This document shows positions 45,156 to 59,207 of a stretch of DNA of 64,000 nt, piece after piece. The stretch comes from Phoronis australis (Eukaryota; Animalia; Phoronida): NCBI GenBank assembly GCA_002633005.1, contig NMRA01000645.1, positions 62,001 to 126,000 on the forward strand, written 5' to 3'. The notes below the pieces were generated by a model. The model saw nothing but the letters and a program-made list of their open reading frames with translations, did not search any database and was not told where the DNA came from. A program made the translations under genes and the position numbers. The first letter of the stretch is position 1; each line of letters begins with the position of its first letter.

Positions 45156-46531
45156 CTGCAAAATGAAAATCAGATCTCTGCTACTTTGCCTATTGACATC
45201 AAAGATAGAAAACAATGAGGACTCTAAATACACTGGATGTCACATTGGCGCTAAACAAAACACAGACCACACTTTCACAAATTCAACTTTTCAAGTGGCG
45301 CATGGAAATCGTAGCCCACAAATATCCCCATACAGGCGAACACCTAAGTTTGTGTTCTCAGTTTTCAGATATCGAAAAATTAACCTTTCTCCTTAAGCAG
45401 TACCTATACTGCGTTCAGAAGCGTAAATTTTACGAGAAGTCCGACAGGATGTCGGATCAAAAGGGATATTGCCAAGCACTTGAAACGATCGCGCCGATTC
45501 ACCACACAGTCTTAAGAGTAATTAAAACATCACTACAGTGTAACCTTCTCATGGTAAGAAGTTCCGCCTGAAGTCGGGCCGAATGCAATGACAAGGCAGA
45601 TCGGACGACTGGGATCTGTATTCTGATTGGATGGCATGTATACGCTGTACTGACTATCAAGTCTCCCACTGAGTTATTTTTGAAACATCAAGCGTTCAGA
45701 CTGTCCATGCTTGTTCAGACGAATTGAATTGGATTTTCTGCTCATTAATTTGGTTTTCCTGACCATTGCATTCCATTACCATATTCCTATGAGTTACCAT
45801 GAAATGCGGTTTATTGGGGAACTCAAAAATCAAGGGGTGATTGTTTACCCGAGCATGGTGTGCTTAAAAAGAAAATATCAGTGAAGTTGTGATGACCGCT
45901 TTCATGAATGGTCATGGGTTAATAAACAGTGAGCCTCACCATGTTCTTGTGCAAGAGTCATTTAAAATATCAGCAGATTGTAGACAGTGGGCGTTAATTG
46001 TTTAGAATGGTGCCACCGACCTACAGAGTTAGCATGGCATAGCTTTTTACACCTCTATATTTCTGGTGTAAATATAACGCATGCAATAAGCAGGTCACGT
46101 ACTGCTAGTGTGTGAATGCTTTCACTTGTTTTTATACCAGAGTGTAGTAATGTTTAGTGCCATCCCCACCATGAGTTATCCTAGTTACTCCTGCAGTCAC
46201 CGTGTTTAGTACATAGAAGTGTGGACATTGCTTGTGCTGGGGCAACTAGACACACGTGGAACATCTTAACCCCCCTTACCAAGGTTAGGTAGTGCAAATT
46301 ACTTTACTTGGGAGATATCTTGCCTAAGCGCCAAACTGCAGACAAGGCAGGAGTAAATATCAGCTGTGTTCTTGTTCAGTCTATTCCAGTGCCATTCTTC
46401 GCAAGGTTTAGCTTGTATATAGTGAGGATGGTCGTCCGAATGAGGGCAAATTGTTCTATACCAAAAAGTGCACGAGCCAAAAGAGCAATAAGAGCCGGGA
46501 ACAGGTGCTGGAGTACGGTCAGGTCAGAGCT

Positions 46532-46696
46532 CACAGGCAGATCCAGGAGAAGGGGTCAGGGAGGTCCGGACCCCCTTTTTCATTTTATTTCAATTCAGTC
46601 ATTTTAAATCTACAATTTTTAAATTATTGACTCGAACCCCTTTTTAAAAAATACTTGATCCGATCCCCTTTTTAAAAATTCCTGGATACGCCCCTG
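46532..46696. mobile_element. Short hAT-like MITE remnant
   Basis: Ends CACAGGCAGATCCAGGA / TCCTGGATACGCCCCTG are imperfect inverted repeats; no TSD seen. Confidence 0.45.
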
Positions 46697-49600
46697 AAGC
46701 TGGCAATTCAGTAGACACCCTTGTCAGTATCACCGAATGGGTTAATTGAAATTAAGTTCTTGTAAAATCTCCCTATCACATGTTATTCCATACAAAATCT
46801 GTAAAAATCATAAACAGCCGAAGGTTGTGTTAATGAACGTAAATACGAGCTCGGCTCATGTAAAACTTCTTGCCAATATCTTTGTGAGGTGGGTGGTACG
46901 CATTATGACTGATGTGTGAAATATTACTTTCTGCTACTCTATTGTGAAATATTTCTTAGAGGCTAGAGATTGTGTAACTACAAAGGTGGATTCTGAAATT
47001 GCTCCCTGTTGATAGATTTGTTTGGATCTTTTGAGTCTAGACAGACACATAACAAGACCCATCCTTTTCTCTGCAATTACTAAATATTCACCAGGTCTGT
47101 GGGTTCATCTTACTGCTTTGATATTCCCCTGGGCATTGTGCTATTAAGTTTATGTTCATTCCAAACATAATTATCCATTTAAATAGCCCAACAACCTATT
47201 TTGAGTCTGCATAAAAAATTTAATCTCACAGTTGCAATAAACTTTGGACAAATAGGGGTGCAGTCCAGCAAATAAGAAGAAAGCAAATAATTACAGGTTC
47301 TGGAATTGTGACTGAAGGCATGCCTTTACCACATGCTCCTGTAAGCCTATCATCAGCAACTTCTACTACAATTATTTTATTCATCCATTGCAATACCAGT
47401 TTGGGATTTAATTTTTACTTTATTTTGCAATACCAAGAAATTTCTGCCATGCACAAAATTTAGTGGCATTAGATTATATCTTAATTAAAGTTGATTCATG
47501 CCCAAGCTCTGACACAAAAGCTTTTCCCACTCGGCTCTGAAGCTTCAGTGTTGCCGAAGCTTCAGCCAATGAGAACACATGTAACTTCAGTCTTGAATCG
47601 AAGTTAACAGTGCAAGTTTATTCCGAAGTAACGCTACAATGGGAATGCTTAACTTCGATGCCATCAGAGTTCCGGCATGGGTCACTGCTTACGTTACTTT
47701 TTCTCAATAATTTGTCCTAATAATTATTATTTATGCAGTATAAGCATTCTCTTTCAAATTATCCACATATGTTTTTAATTCTTTACATTAAAAAATCACA
47801 AAACGTGTAGTGCACGCAAAACGAGTTCCCGCCACGCCATATTGTCTTTATTTGGATCAGCTGTTAATGTGTTCAAGAGTCAAATTTTTAGTCATTTTCT
47901 AGTACATCATCCCAACGTGGCAACCGTTGGCTGCCTTGTGAAGGTGACGTTCTAGTTTTCATCTGGGGAGACGGAGAGGTCATTTTTCATGGCAAACACA
48001 GACGAAAACAACAAGGCCACATGACCAAAGGTCACATTAGCGCAGTGTTGCTACAACTTCACTGAACTATAACACCAAAGCTGACGGGATCACACTAACC
48101 AAATGTTAATGTTCCTGTTTAACAACATTGTCATTGTCATTGTCTCAGGGACAGACATCACTGCACATTGGAAAGGTCCACAAGGGGCAGTTCAGTCCTC
48201 TGCAGCAGCCAAGAAAGAGTCACACTGCTGATGGTTCCCATGTTGTCACCTAAATAAGTGGCATAGTTATGCATCCATGAGGTAAAGAAGAACTAGCAAT
48301 CATGAAAAAGGTCAATGATGTCAATACCAATACTCTTGAAATATACAATCACTTCATCAGCTGACTCAAAAAGTGGCCCATTTAAATACCTAAATTGGTG
48401 AAAATCATACCGAATTCACCAGTATAGACAGCACACATGGGCCACCCGGTTTCTGGTATTGAAAAGAACTGACAATTAATTGTTGCTTCCTCACTGCATA
48501 AAATTAATCACTGTGACAAGGCCACCTTTTAAACATGGCTCCATTTCATGAATCTATTTCATGGGTGGCGCAGCACTGAAATAAGTAGGGGGCTATAGCC
48601 CCCCCAGCCCCCAGCAGCAGTGCGCCGCCCATATTATGGGCCTTTTGGACCCCACGTGGGTCCTGCAAAACTTGGTGAAAAATTACCGCCTACCCGCAAT
48701 TTTTGGTACACGCCAGCAGGCACCTTGTCAATATGAGTGGCCCCCCCTCTCCCTTACCGCTGGGGAACAGTCAGTTTCTTTCCAAGTCCAGATGTCATCT
48801 TTAATTTGAAAAAGGAACAAGTTGACATCATAATACTGTGGTGTAAACCCAAATTTATTGTTTGATGGAAGGTGGGGCTCAGGCACCTTTAATCATCAAA
48901 TTCCGTTGAATTTAGAAGTTGTAGCCACAAAAACATTTCTGAGAATTGACGTGATGTTATTGCCATGGAGATGCTTTAAGTACACAATTTACATGTGCAC
49001 TTTACACGATAATGTATCAGATTGTACTACCAACAAAACCTTTACAGCCACAAAACCTAAAACTAATTGAATCTTAATCCATTGGGGCACAGCATTCAAT
49101 CAAGTGTAAACACAACTTACAGTGCTCTTGAAAGTTACTGCCAATATTACTTAAACTTACTGGGAGCTCAGTCAAACAAGACACTGAGCATGCACCCTTA
49201 CGCTTATGGTACAGTAAGCTTGTGCAAGCTGAGTTAAATGCAACATTGTCAGATTGAATGTTATGCAGTAAGCAGCTTATCACCTGGAACCAAGTGATTG
49301 CATACAATGGTTCAGTAGCATGACCAAGCTGTTATGCAGTGTGTCTACATGAGCCTGCCACGCGCTGTTTGCCCGAATGGTTTCAACATTGTTTTATAAG
49401 ATCAAGTGAGAGAGATGTAATGAGCCAAAAGTACCATCTCATGTCTCTTTGAGTTAAGAGCAGGACAGCATGGGCCGGTATTTTTCCAGCCTGGTTGGAA
49501 CTGACTGATTTTTATTCAAAGGTATAATAGCAAGATGCCCATTTCCTAGGAGCTAACATTCAGATGAGAAGGTGTTCGCAAAGACACAGGCTTGTTTAAA

Positions 49601-50999
49601 GAAATATTGATCAATTGGAGGTGCTGGTAAACCATTAACATGTGCATAAAACTGAAGTAGAAATTTTGAAATATCACAGGTGTGCCGTAAGCCAAGCATG
49701 GGCGTTAACCCACATGAGTGTGCACAGACAATCCAACTAGAGTAAAATTCCAAGAAAATTAATCTATTGGTCTGTCAAACATAAAAGTTACAGCTTCCAT
49801 TACAAATGACTGGCTGTCTAGACAGATGAACCAACATAATCCTAAACATCTAGAAATAGATGCGGAACATGATCAAGGAGTTGTAGTTAACCAAACCATG
49901 GTTACAGAGCAAAATTTGGAACAATTATTACAAACATCTCTCCCCTTATGACTCAAACATTCAGATGACAGTGGTTTCCAAATCCACCGAGATATCAGTG
50001 TCGTCCATGGTTAATAGCGTTTTCGCAATCGCTTGTCTGGCATCACTATTTGCAAGCCAATAATCTATTACCCTTCAATAAATTAATAAAACCCAACTAA
50101 ATGAATACCTTAAGATGCATCCTGATTGAAAACATTATAGTCAATAAACCAAATCCCATAACATTGTTTTTGTCTAACTTTTATTGTATTCCTGTATTTC
50201 AGTCCTCACATTGCCGTTTATTTCAGCCATTGTTTAATTGCTGTGAAACCATTATTAATGCGGTAATTACTCTGCTCCACACGAAAGGAACTTAAATCAG
50301 TGTTTGTGATATCAAGTATTGATGACGCTCTCGGTTCTTGTACAAATCTATGGAAAAAGTGCAAGTTTTCTGTGAAAAAAGAGAGTAAAGTTCTCCTCTT
50401 AGTGTGCTCAGACATCACATTGGTCAGTAGCGCAACTAAGAGGATCCTTTAATTGCTCCTTGACCCATTTTGCATTCAACCAGACTGCTGACAGGAAACA
50501 ATGTGGTTAAATTTATGCACAGCTGACATCACAGTGTCAATTTGTGTCTGCATCACAACTTCAGGAATTGTAGTGCAGTGTCACCATAATTGCTCATGTC
50601 AGTTCATGCTGCACAAACTTGTCTTGTAATTATGGCATATGAAGGCGATGGTCTGAGATGACATCAAGGGAGATCCAGGACTACATCCAGTAGGCCAAGT
50701 TTTACAAGAAAACTGAGATCACGCAAGTCCCAAGATGCTGTCTTGCAGTACAAGCAAAACATATTGTATCACACAATCTCATTAATTACAGGAGACTGCT
50801 CTTTTTGATGATAGCTGATTATCTTAGAAATACATGTTTCTGTGTTAAGTGCTATTAACCCGACATGTAATCACTGTCCATAGAACAAGGGAAAGTTACA
50901 TAACAGCACAGCTAATGGTCTGCATTTTGGTGTAGTGTTACCATTCACTTGCTTTGCCAATGTCCCACTTGCTAGTGAACCCAGTCTGTTAGCCCTTTC

Positions 51000-51564
51000 A
51001 TACTAACGTTGATGAGTCGATGCTATGGGGAGATGCGGTCAGTATGAACAGTTAACTTCGGCCCTGGATCGAAGTTAACAGCACTGTTTACGTAACTTTG
51101 TACTAAGTAGGTGGATTTAATAGTGGAGCGTCAATGCTGTGGTGCAGCATGACCAGTCAACTTTGGTCCCTTTAATGCTATCGCTAGGTGCCACTGTTAT
51201 CGTCAACAATGTAAAGGTAGTGAAGTTGGCAATAGTTATATTTTGCTCGAATAATCCCAAATCGANGCGCCTTGGTCGTAGATACCGCCCCCGTTACAAT
51301 ACTAACGTTGATGAGTCGATGCTATGGGGAGATGCGGTCAGTATGAACAGTTAACTTCGGCCCTGGATCGAAGTTAACAGCACTGTTTACGTAACTTTGT
51401 ACTAAGTAGGTGGATTTAATAGTGGAGCGTCAATGCTGTGGTGCAGCATGACCAGTCAACTTTGGTCCCTTTAATGCTATCGCTAGGTGCCACTGTTATC
51501 GTCAACAATGTAAAGGTAGTGAAGTTGGCAATAGTTATATTTTGCTCGAATAATCCCAAATCGA
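51000..51564. repeat. Identical 266-bp direct duplication (51000-51265 and 51299-51564) around a single N; probable assembly overlap
   Basis: Copies appear identical, offset 299 bp, with N at 51266. Confidence 0.85.
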
Positions 51565-51572
51565 AATAAAAA

Positions 51573-52308
51573 CGAGAGCGCTCGGAGGAGCGACACTTGG
51601 CGAAATTATACGAAAACAGGACGATGGGGAGGACGACGACAACAATCATGACGATGAAGGCGGAGATTATGAACAACACGATAACATTCATGTGACTAGC
51701 GAACAAATCAGTAAAAAATAGCCTGCAGTCTTGTTCACGCGCCCGGTAAACTGGCAACAGTGCGAGAGCGCTCGGAGGAGCGACACTTGGCAAAATTAAG
51801 CGAAAACAGGACGATGGGGAGGACGATGACGAGGATCATGACGATGAAGGCGGAGCTCGATAACAGTGACTAGCGAACAAATCAGTAAGAAATAGCCTGC
51901 AGTCTTGTTCACGCACCCGGTCATCTGGAAACAGTGCGAGAGCGCTCACTCCGCTCAGAGGAGCGACACTTGGCGAAATTACGTGAAAACAGGACGATGG
52001 GGACGACGACGACGATGATCATGACGATGAAGGCGGAGATTATGAACAACACGATAACATTCATGTGACTAGCGAACAAATCAGTAAGATAGCCTGCAGT
52101 CTTGTTCATGCACCCAGTAAACTGGCAACAGTGCGAGAGCACTAGGAGGAGCGACACTTGGCGATATTACATGAAAACAGGACAATGGGGAGGAGGAGGA
52201 CGACGACAATGACGATGAAGGCGGAGATTATGAACAACACGATAACATTCATGTGACTAGCAAACAAATCAGTAAAAAATACTCTTCAGTCTTGTTCACG
52301 CACCCAGT
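51573..52308. repeat. Tandem array of four ~175-200-bp CpG-rich units, plus a degenerate fifth near 52585-52730
   Basis: Units begin CGAGAGCGCTCGGAGGAGCGACACTTGGC at ~51573, 51763, 51937 and 52134. Confidence 0.9.
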
Positions 52309-52741
52309 TTCTCCGACGGCAGACGACAGAGGTTGATAGCAATTAATGCCAGCCACCCGTTTGAATCAAAAGCAGGTAAAATTTGGATTTTCTCATTCAA
52401 AAACACAAACAAATCAGTTTTCTTGCATCTGTTTACAACAGATTCCTCGAACAAAAAACCAAACCTGAAATACGCCCTGTATATGAATTGTAGGCACTAC
52501 TAGAAAATGCCCTGTGGCCGCGGCCTGACTGTCACTAGAAAATGCCCCGTGGCCGTGGCCTGACTGTTCAGTGCTACCTACAATCTTGAGCGACAATAGG
52601 CGAAATGAACGATGATGATGATTGTGATGATGAAGGTGGCGATTATGAGCAACACTATAACACTCATGTGACTAGAGAAGATGACAGAAATTAGTAAATA
52701 GGCTACAGTCTTGAGCGACACTTGGCGAACAGCAAAATCGC

Positions 52742-53992
52742 TCAACAAAGGAACAGCGTTTTCAGAAACTCAAATAATTCAAAAAGTAGACGTCCTACCG
52801 TTCAAAACTCCAAGTAACCTGGCAGTTTCGCAACATCACATGAATTTTTCTAAAAAAAACGAAATTTTGCGTTTTTTTTTTGAAATTCAAAGTCAAATAA
52901 CTCGAAAACGGTAAGTCTGAGAAAAATGATATCAAAGAGCATACTGCCAGGAATTCACATGCAAAAATTCATGTCATTTGCTCTTGCCGTTCAAAATGCG
53001 ACTGCAGAACGATCGAAAATGGGTGAAAATGCTCCAGAGCCGCTATCTTGAAAGTGACTTCCGGTTAAACAAAATTTTATAAAAGCCAATCAATAACAAC
53101 AAACATGTGACCAGTTTGAAAATGATTGGTTCGCCAATGCGCCCTCTACAGGAAAAAAGTTTTTGGCCAGTTATCGAGGTGTGCAGGCGCCATTGCCGAT
53201 ATTTCCGCCATCTTTGATCGGAAGTTAAAGATTTACGGCGCAGTTGTAGTGCTTGTATGGTATAATAATCGTACTAGTTTTCAGCCCTGCACGTCGAAAA
53301 ATGCGGCCTCTATGAGCAATGTCTTCATGATCTTGTTCAGCAGAAGCTAAACCAACATCAGTGCAGCAAGAGCTGTCAACAAAGGAAAAGCACTATCAGA
53401 AAATCTCAAATAATTCAAAAAGTAGACATTGTAGCTTAAAATGGAAAACATCTTCTAAAAGCCCGTCCAAAACTCTATCTAGATTGATAGTTTCATAACA
53501 TTCCATAAATTTTTCGAAAAAATTGAAATTTTGCGTTTTTTTGAAATTCAAAGTCAAATAACTCGATAACGGTAAGTCTGAGAAAAACGTTATTGCAAAA
53601 CTTTTGAAAGAGCATACTTCAAGGAATCCATATGCAAAAATTCACGTCATTTGCTCTTCCCGTTAAAAATGCGACAACAGAACGATTGAAAATGGGTGAA
53701 AATGCGCCAGAGCCGCCATCTTGAAAGTGACTTCCGGTTAAACAAAATTTTATAAAAGATGATCAAAAGCAACAAACACGTGACCAGTTTGAAAGTGTTT
53801 GGCTTGCCAATGCGCCCTCTACAAGAGAAAATGTTTTTGGCCAGATATCGAGGTGTGCATGCGCCATTGTCAATATTTCCGCCATCTTTAATTGGAAGTT
53901 AACGTTTTTTGGCACAAATGTAGCACATGTGTTCTATAATAATCCTACCAAGTTTCAGCTCTGTACGTCAAAAAATGCGGCCTCTATGAGCA
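52742..53992. repeat. Tandem duplication of a ~580-620-bp unit (52742-53318 and 53376-53992)
   Basis: Long shared blocks, e.g. GAAATTCAAAGTCAAATAACTCGA, TCTTGAAAGTGACTTCCGGTTAAACAAAATTTTATAAAAG, AAAAATGCGGCCTCTATGAGCA. Confidence 0.88.
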
Positions 53993-56900
53993 TTTAATGT
54001 GAAATCGGAAATAAAATGGCCGCCACGTCAGCCACCTAGTTGAATACGATCATGACCAAAAACAATAGGCTTCCAGGACTTTCGAATCTACAAATTTCGT
54101 GAAAATCAAACAACCAAAAAACAAACATAAAAAAATTGATGTCAGACCAACATACTTCCCAGAATTCCGCCAAGTAATAAGTTTATGTCAATTTACACAA
54201 TCTAAATGTTCCCAAACAGTCACATTTACAAAAAAAGGTTAGCGTGCAGCGCTACCTTACGATTACTTCTATGGCAACAGCGTCCCCTACCATTAACTTC
54301 GATGTCCGTTAACTACCGAAGCCAGTATGAACGGTTTCGTTAACTCCGCAGTTAACGTCGCCGCTCCACTCAGACCGGAGTTCAGTCAGTATGAAAAGGC
54401 CTTGAGTTGATTTATAGTCTTTGCTCATTGTTCCACTGATAGTAAATACAACAGTCGATAACAGTTGAACATGTCTGTCCAAGATTACCAAGGATTTTTA
54501 ATAAAGGTAACATAAAATAGTTGCCTTCCCTTTCAAATGATAAGGGCTAAATCAAATGCACCATGGAAACATACTATGAATCCTTTAAAAAAACTTGGAT
54601 ATGTGTGCTGGAGAATGTAAGTTAGAGAGCACAGAACAAAGAAGATAAATTTCCACAAACATCACTAGTCGGTATATATATTCACAAAGTAAGGTAACTC
54701 AAAAGCTTTGAAAACCTGAAATTAACTTCAAATACAGCTTCAATCAGTAAGAGCAAGTAATTAAATTCATCTGTCACTTGGGGAACCTGAAGCTTATGTT
54801 TACTATAAGAATACCAAAGACCTAATCAGTGAGATGTTGTAATCTATTTTTAGTCAGAGACTACCTAAAGATAGATCTCGATCAGTAATTGTGGGAAGAT
54901 GTGGTTTCTCACTTTAGGGACATATTCGGTTTCCTCCCCCCAGCTGAAAACATATTTTTGATGGGATGGACTTGATATTTGTAAGGTTTGACCAGAGCTA
55001 CAAAACAACAAAATCGGGTGTGCTATTGTGATTTCAAATCGACAATTCTCACCATTGGCTGCCAGTTATTTGTTTAAATTGATAGAGGATGGTACTTTTA
55101 TCAGCTTAACACACTTAAAATACTCTGCAATTTTCCAAGCATGGGTTTAGCTCCACTAGTTCAAATCAGTCTTGGAGATGATCTAAAAAACATATGCCAT
55201 TCATAAAATTTTGCCTATGAAGTGATTAGTAGGTCAGCTAATGTGGTGAGTTAACATGAGTATAGAGGCAAATGGACTTTTCATGAATGAAGTATATGTG
55301 ACCCATACAGCAATGTGATAGTCAATAATTATGACCAAAATTTGTTTAAGGTTAAATTTTATTTTCTCCGCCATTAAGTTACTTAAAACACCCGCCTTGC
55401 TAACAGAACATAGCTCTCACCTGATTGCAAATCTAATCAAAATAATAAGATTTGGCATCTTACTATGAGACTTTATCAACCGAGGAGAAATACTCATGAT
55501 TTTATATAGGTTGTTTTGTCAACATTATATGCAAATTGCAAATGGGCACAATAATGTAGGATATGACAACCAATCATTTGCATATGAACTTATTTTTGTT
55601 TCCTCTGTCAAAGCTCTTTCTCTAACATGAATTTCATGACAGAAATCTATGAAAATCATAACATTCTCCAATATCCACACGGCTTTTAGCAGTTTATACC
55701 ACAATATGCAGGTTCACTATCCATTTACGTGCATGCAGGCCCACACAAATACACTCTAATGCTAACACTCTGATTTTGATTGATTAAAACGAAAAATAAG
55801 GACAACATTAGTGAAGACCAAGATACCAGAAAAAAACAAACTAAAAAGGGCAATCGATGTACGATGACACAAAAAAGTAGTTACGCACTTATTTCAACCA
55901 TCGCCCATTGCCCTGAAATGATTCAGTTATATCCATGAAAACAAAACGAATTCCACCCTTTATTTTACCTGTTCAGTTGCTGTTCCTTGGTAAGCAACTA
56001 ATGTAAATATGCACTATTAGAGACTGACAATTAATTTTCCACCCCCTTACTTTTTGTGAAAATAGAAAATTTTCAATTGAGGTTGACCACGTAAATTAAA
56101 TTAAAGATATGCCACATTTTCAAGTCTTCAAACTGCTTAACAAGGACTTGTTTATTTGGTGTCAGGCACACTAACGATGTCACCCATTAAATTTTAATGA
56201 CACAATCAATAGGTATGAAAAGTGTTATGTAACAACCACCAGGTGATTAAGTGACCCATGCAAGGCAAAATTCAACATGTCTGGCTAAAGCCATTTTCCG
56301 GCATACCTCAAGGAACACTGAAATACTACAGTTTGTGTCAATAAAAGTGGTTTTAAATCTTTTGGTAGGCAATTTCTCAGACTGCACCAATCCACACGCT
56401 CCACATGAAGGATTTAAACAACATAACCACTGAAGATGCGTGACCTGCCTGCTGAAAAGTTGCACAATACAATTTGCACTGTTGCAATCACACAAGCATC
56501 ACTTCGGGCAACACCAGGCATACGACTGAATTCCGGACAAATTTATCATGGGTCGAAATGATCTAACCACATCGATTAGGAATTTGTGGCGTCATGTCAG
56601 TAAGGATAACTAGACGTTTGATTTATGACGATTTCGTTGTGACTGCTAATAGCTGGCATCAAATACAACATTTTCTTATCATTGAAATGAAACAAAAGCG
56701 ACAAGAAGTCAATACCTCAAAAACAAAACTGCGGATATCAAAGCTTACAGCAAGCTGGTAGAGATACTTGTATTTTATTCACAATCTGTACACAAATGTC
56801 AGTACTAAATGAATTCCATACACTGCTCAAAATACGACTCAAATTCATTCATTTAGCAGCTAAGCCTGTTCTTTTGTCTGAAATTAAAAAAAAAACTATA

Positions 56901-58300
56901 CAAGGTCTACCACTCGTTTAATGACTTTACACACAAAAGGAACATGCCCACCACCAATTTACTAAAGTCTTTGGATGAGCACCCACCACTTGACTGAGAG
57001 CCCACCCTCTACTTCAGAAAATTTTGAAGTGAAAGCCCACCTGCTATTTGCTTCGATGAACTTCTTTTCAAACCAGTAAAGTGCACCTACTTCATATGAC
57101 GAAACCGGATCACTTTAGTCACAGTGTAGATACCTACGGTGGTCATTGGGACGTTCCATAATGATTGTTCGTATTTTCATAAAATCATATAAATGTCCTA
57201 TTTTTGATAACGCTTCATGCAAAACCGGTACACTTCAAAAGCAATCCCAAACAGAGCTTTCAAGAACAGTGTATAACACATGGTATTTGAAAGTTTCATA
57301 TGAATCCAATAGGTCATTTCTGAGATATGATGTTCCGAAGTTAACTAAATTTGGACATTTTTTGAGGGTCCAACATAACTGTGACCTTAAGCACACTGGG
57401 CATTAACCCGGAAAAACGTGGTATTTTGAGGAAGATTACCCAGACTTCCAACAGCTGAGCCATTAGTCAGTCTTAACCCAACACACACAGAGAAAATGAA
57501 AAGTCATGTGCTCCCTGACTACTGGAAAAAGCAACACTATCTTTCAATGCTATTCTTAAGCGATTGTACAAGCAGTTTTACATTGATAAGCAGACATGAA
57601 AAGATAAATATGACAGACACCTCTAAATGCCATCAGTTAGCAAAAATGTATTCCAATAAGAATTCAGATTTGGGCTGTAATCTATAGAGATAAACAAATC
57701 TCATGAAAACGTTATATTATACAGTTTTTCGCATGATAAAAACAGAAATATTAAAATATTACAAATTGAGAAATTTATTTTCTAAAAAAATTGCTAATTG
57801 CAAGTTTTTAACATGGAATCCTGTGGTTCTTTTGTTTGCAAAAGACTGAAAATATTATGTGGCCGAGGGTGAATTTGAGTGACAGGGAAAGCAGATATTA
57901 ACATCTCAGTTTAATTTTACAGCTCGTTTACATTGTCTTTCAGTATGACTGAATATAAATGTTTCAAAAAAAATTTTTAGCGACATATCGCCATGCATTA
58001 CAAGGAAAACACTGATCACTTTGCATTAGCTTTTCTCATAGGTGGCTTGGGTCAATGGATTATAGCTGCCTTAATTTCAATTGTTTGATCTTTTCTTAGC
58101 ACATATGGTGTTTTCTCAAACAGTTCGTACACTAATGTAAGAACTTGTTTTCCCCTGAGAATTTCTTGTTCCAATTAATAGAGACAAAACTGGTAGTATG
58201 AACTATAAGAGATGAAAGTCAAGTGTTCAAATTATTAGAGGTAAAGGTCAATGATAACAATGAGTGCAACAACGACCTCTGAGATGGTGGTTTGGCAATA

Positions 58301-58731
58301 TCAAGGTACCTAAACTTCACGGTCAACGGACTCATAAACACGGGCACGGACCTACAAACATGGTCCACTGACTCACAATCACGGGAACGGACTCACAAAA
58401 CACGATCCACGCACCCAAATACACGGGACACGGACTCATAATTACGAGGAAACACGGTTAGCAGACCGCCAAACACGGTTTATGGACAAAATGAAGATGT
58501 CAGCTGGCCCAGGAAGCCGATGAGTCTGTGACCCGTGTTTGGCGGTCTGTTAACCGTGTTTCCTCGTGAATATGAGTCCGTGTCCCGTGTATTTGGGTGC
58601 GTGGATCGTGTTTTGTGAGTACGTTCTCGTGTTTGTGAGTCAGTGGACGGTGTTTGCAGGTCCATGAGTCGTGTTCATGCGTCCGTGACCTTGTTTATGA
58701 GTCCGTTAACCGTGTAGTTTAGGTACCTTGA
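58301..58731. mobile_element. Foldback/MITE-like palindromic element, copy A
   Basis: TCAAGGTACCTAAACT...AGTTTAGGTACCTTGA ends with TA on both flanks; long arms built from ~21-bp ACACGG/GACTCA subrepeats. Confidence 0.8.
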
Positions 58732-58752
58732 TACTTGTAATATAATTCACAT

Positions 58753-59207
58753 TCAAGGTACCTAAACTACATGGTCAATGTACTCATAAACACGGTCACG
58801 GACGCATGAACACGACTCACGGACCTGCAAACACCGTCCACTGACTCACAAACATGAGAACGTACTCACAAAACACGATCCACGCATCCAAATACACGGG
58901 ACACGGACTCATATTCACGAGGAAACACGGTTAACAGACCGCCAAACACGGGTCACAGACTCATAGGCTTCCTGGGTCACCTGACATCTACATTTTGTCC
59001 GTAAACCGTGTTTGGCGGTGCGTTAACTGTGTTTCTTCATCAATGTGAGACCATGTCCCATGTATTTGGGTGAATGGATCGTGTTTTGTGAGTACGTTCC
59101 CGTGTTTGTGAGTCAGTGGACGGTGTTTGCTGGTCCGTGAGTCGTGTTCATGCGTCGGCTGTGACCATGTTTATGAGTCTGTTAACCGTGTAGTTTAGGT
59201 ACCTTGA
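58753..59207. mobile_element. Foldback/MITE-like palindromic element, copy B (inverted relative to A)
   Basis: Same termini; the central spacer is the reverse complement of that in copy A. Confidence 0.8.

Noticed and set aside
48560-48633. Small GC-rich hairpin as a miRNA or ncRNA
   Set aside because: Short stem with a large low-complexity loop; looks like a MITE remnant
51416-52157. Hydrophobic 'membrane protein' ORFs on the minus strand
   Set aside because: Translations of GAC/GAT-rich tandem repeat units; no splice or domain support
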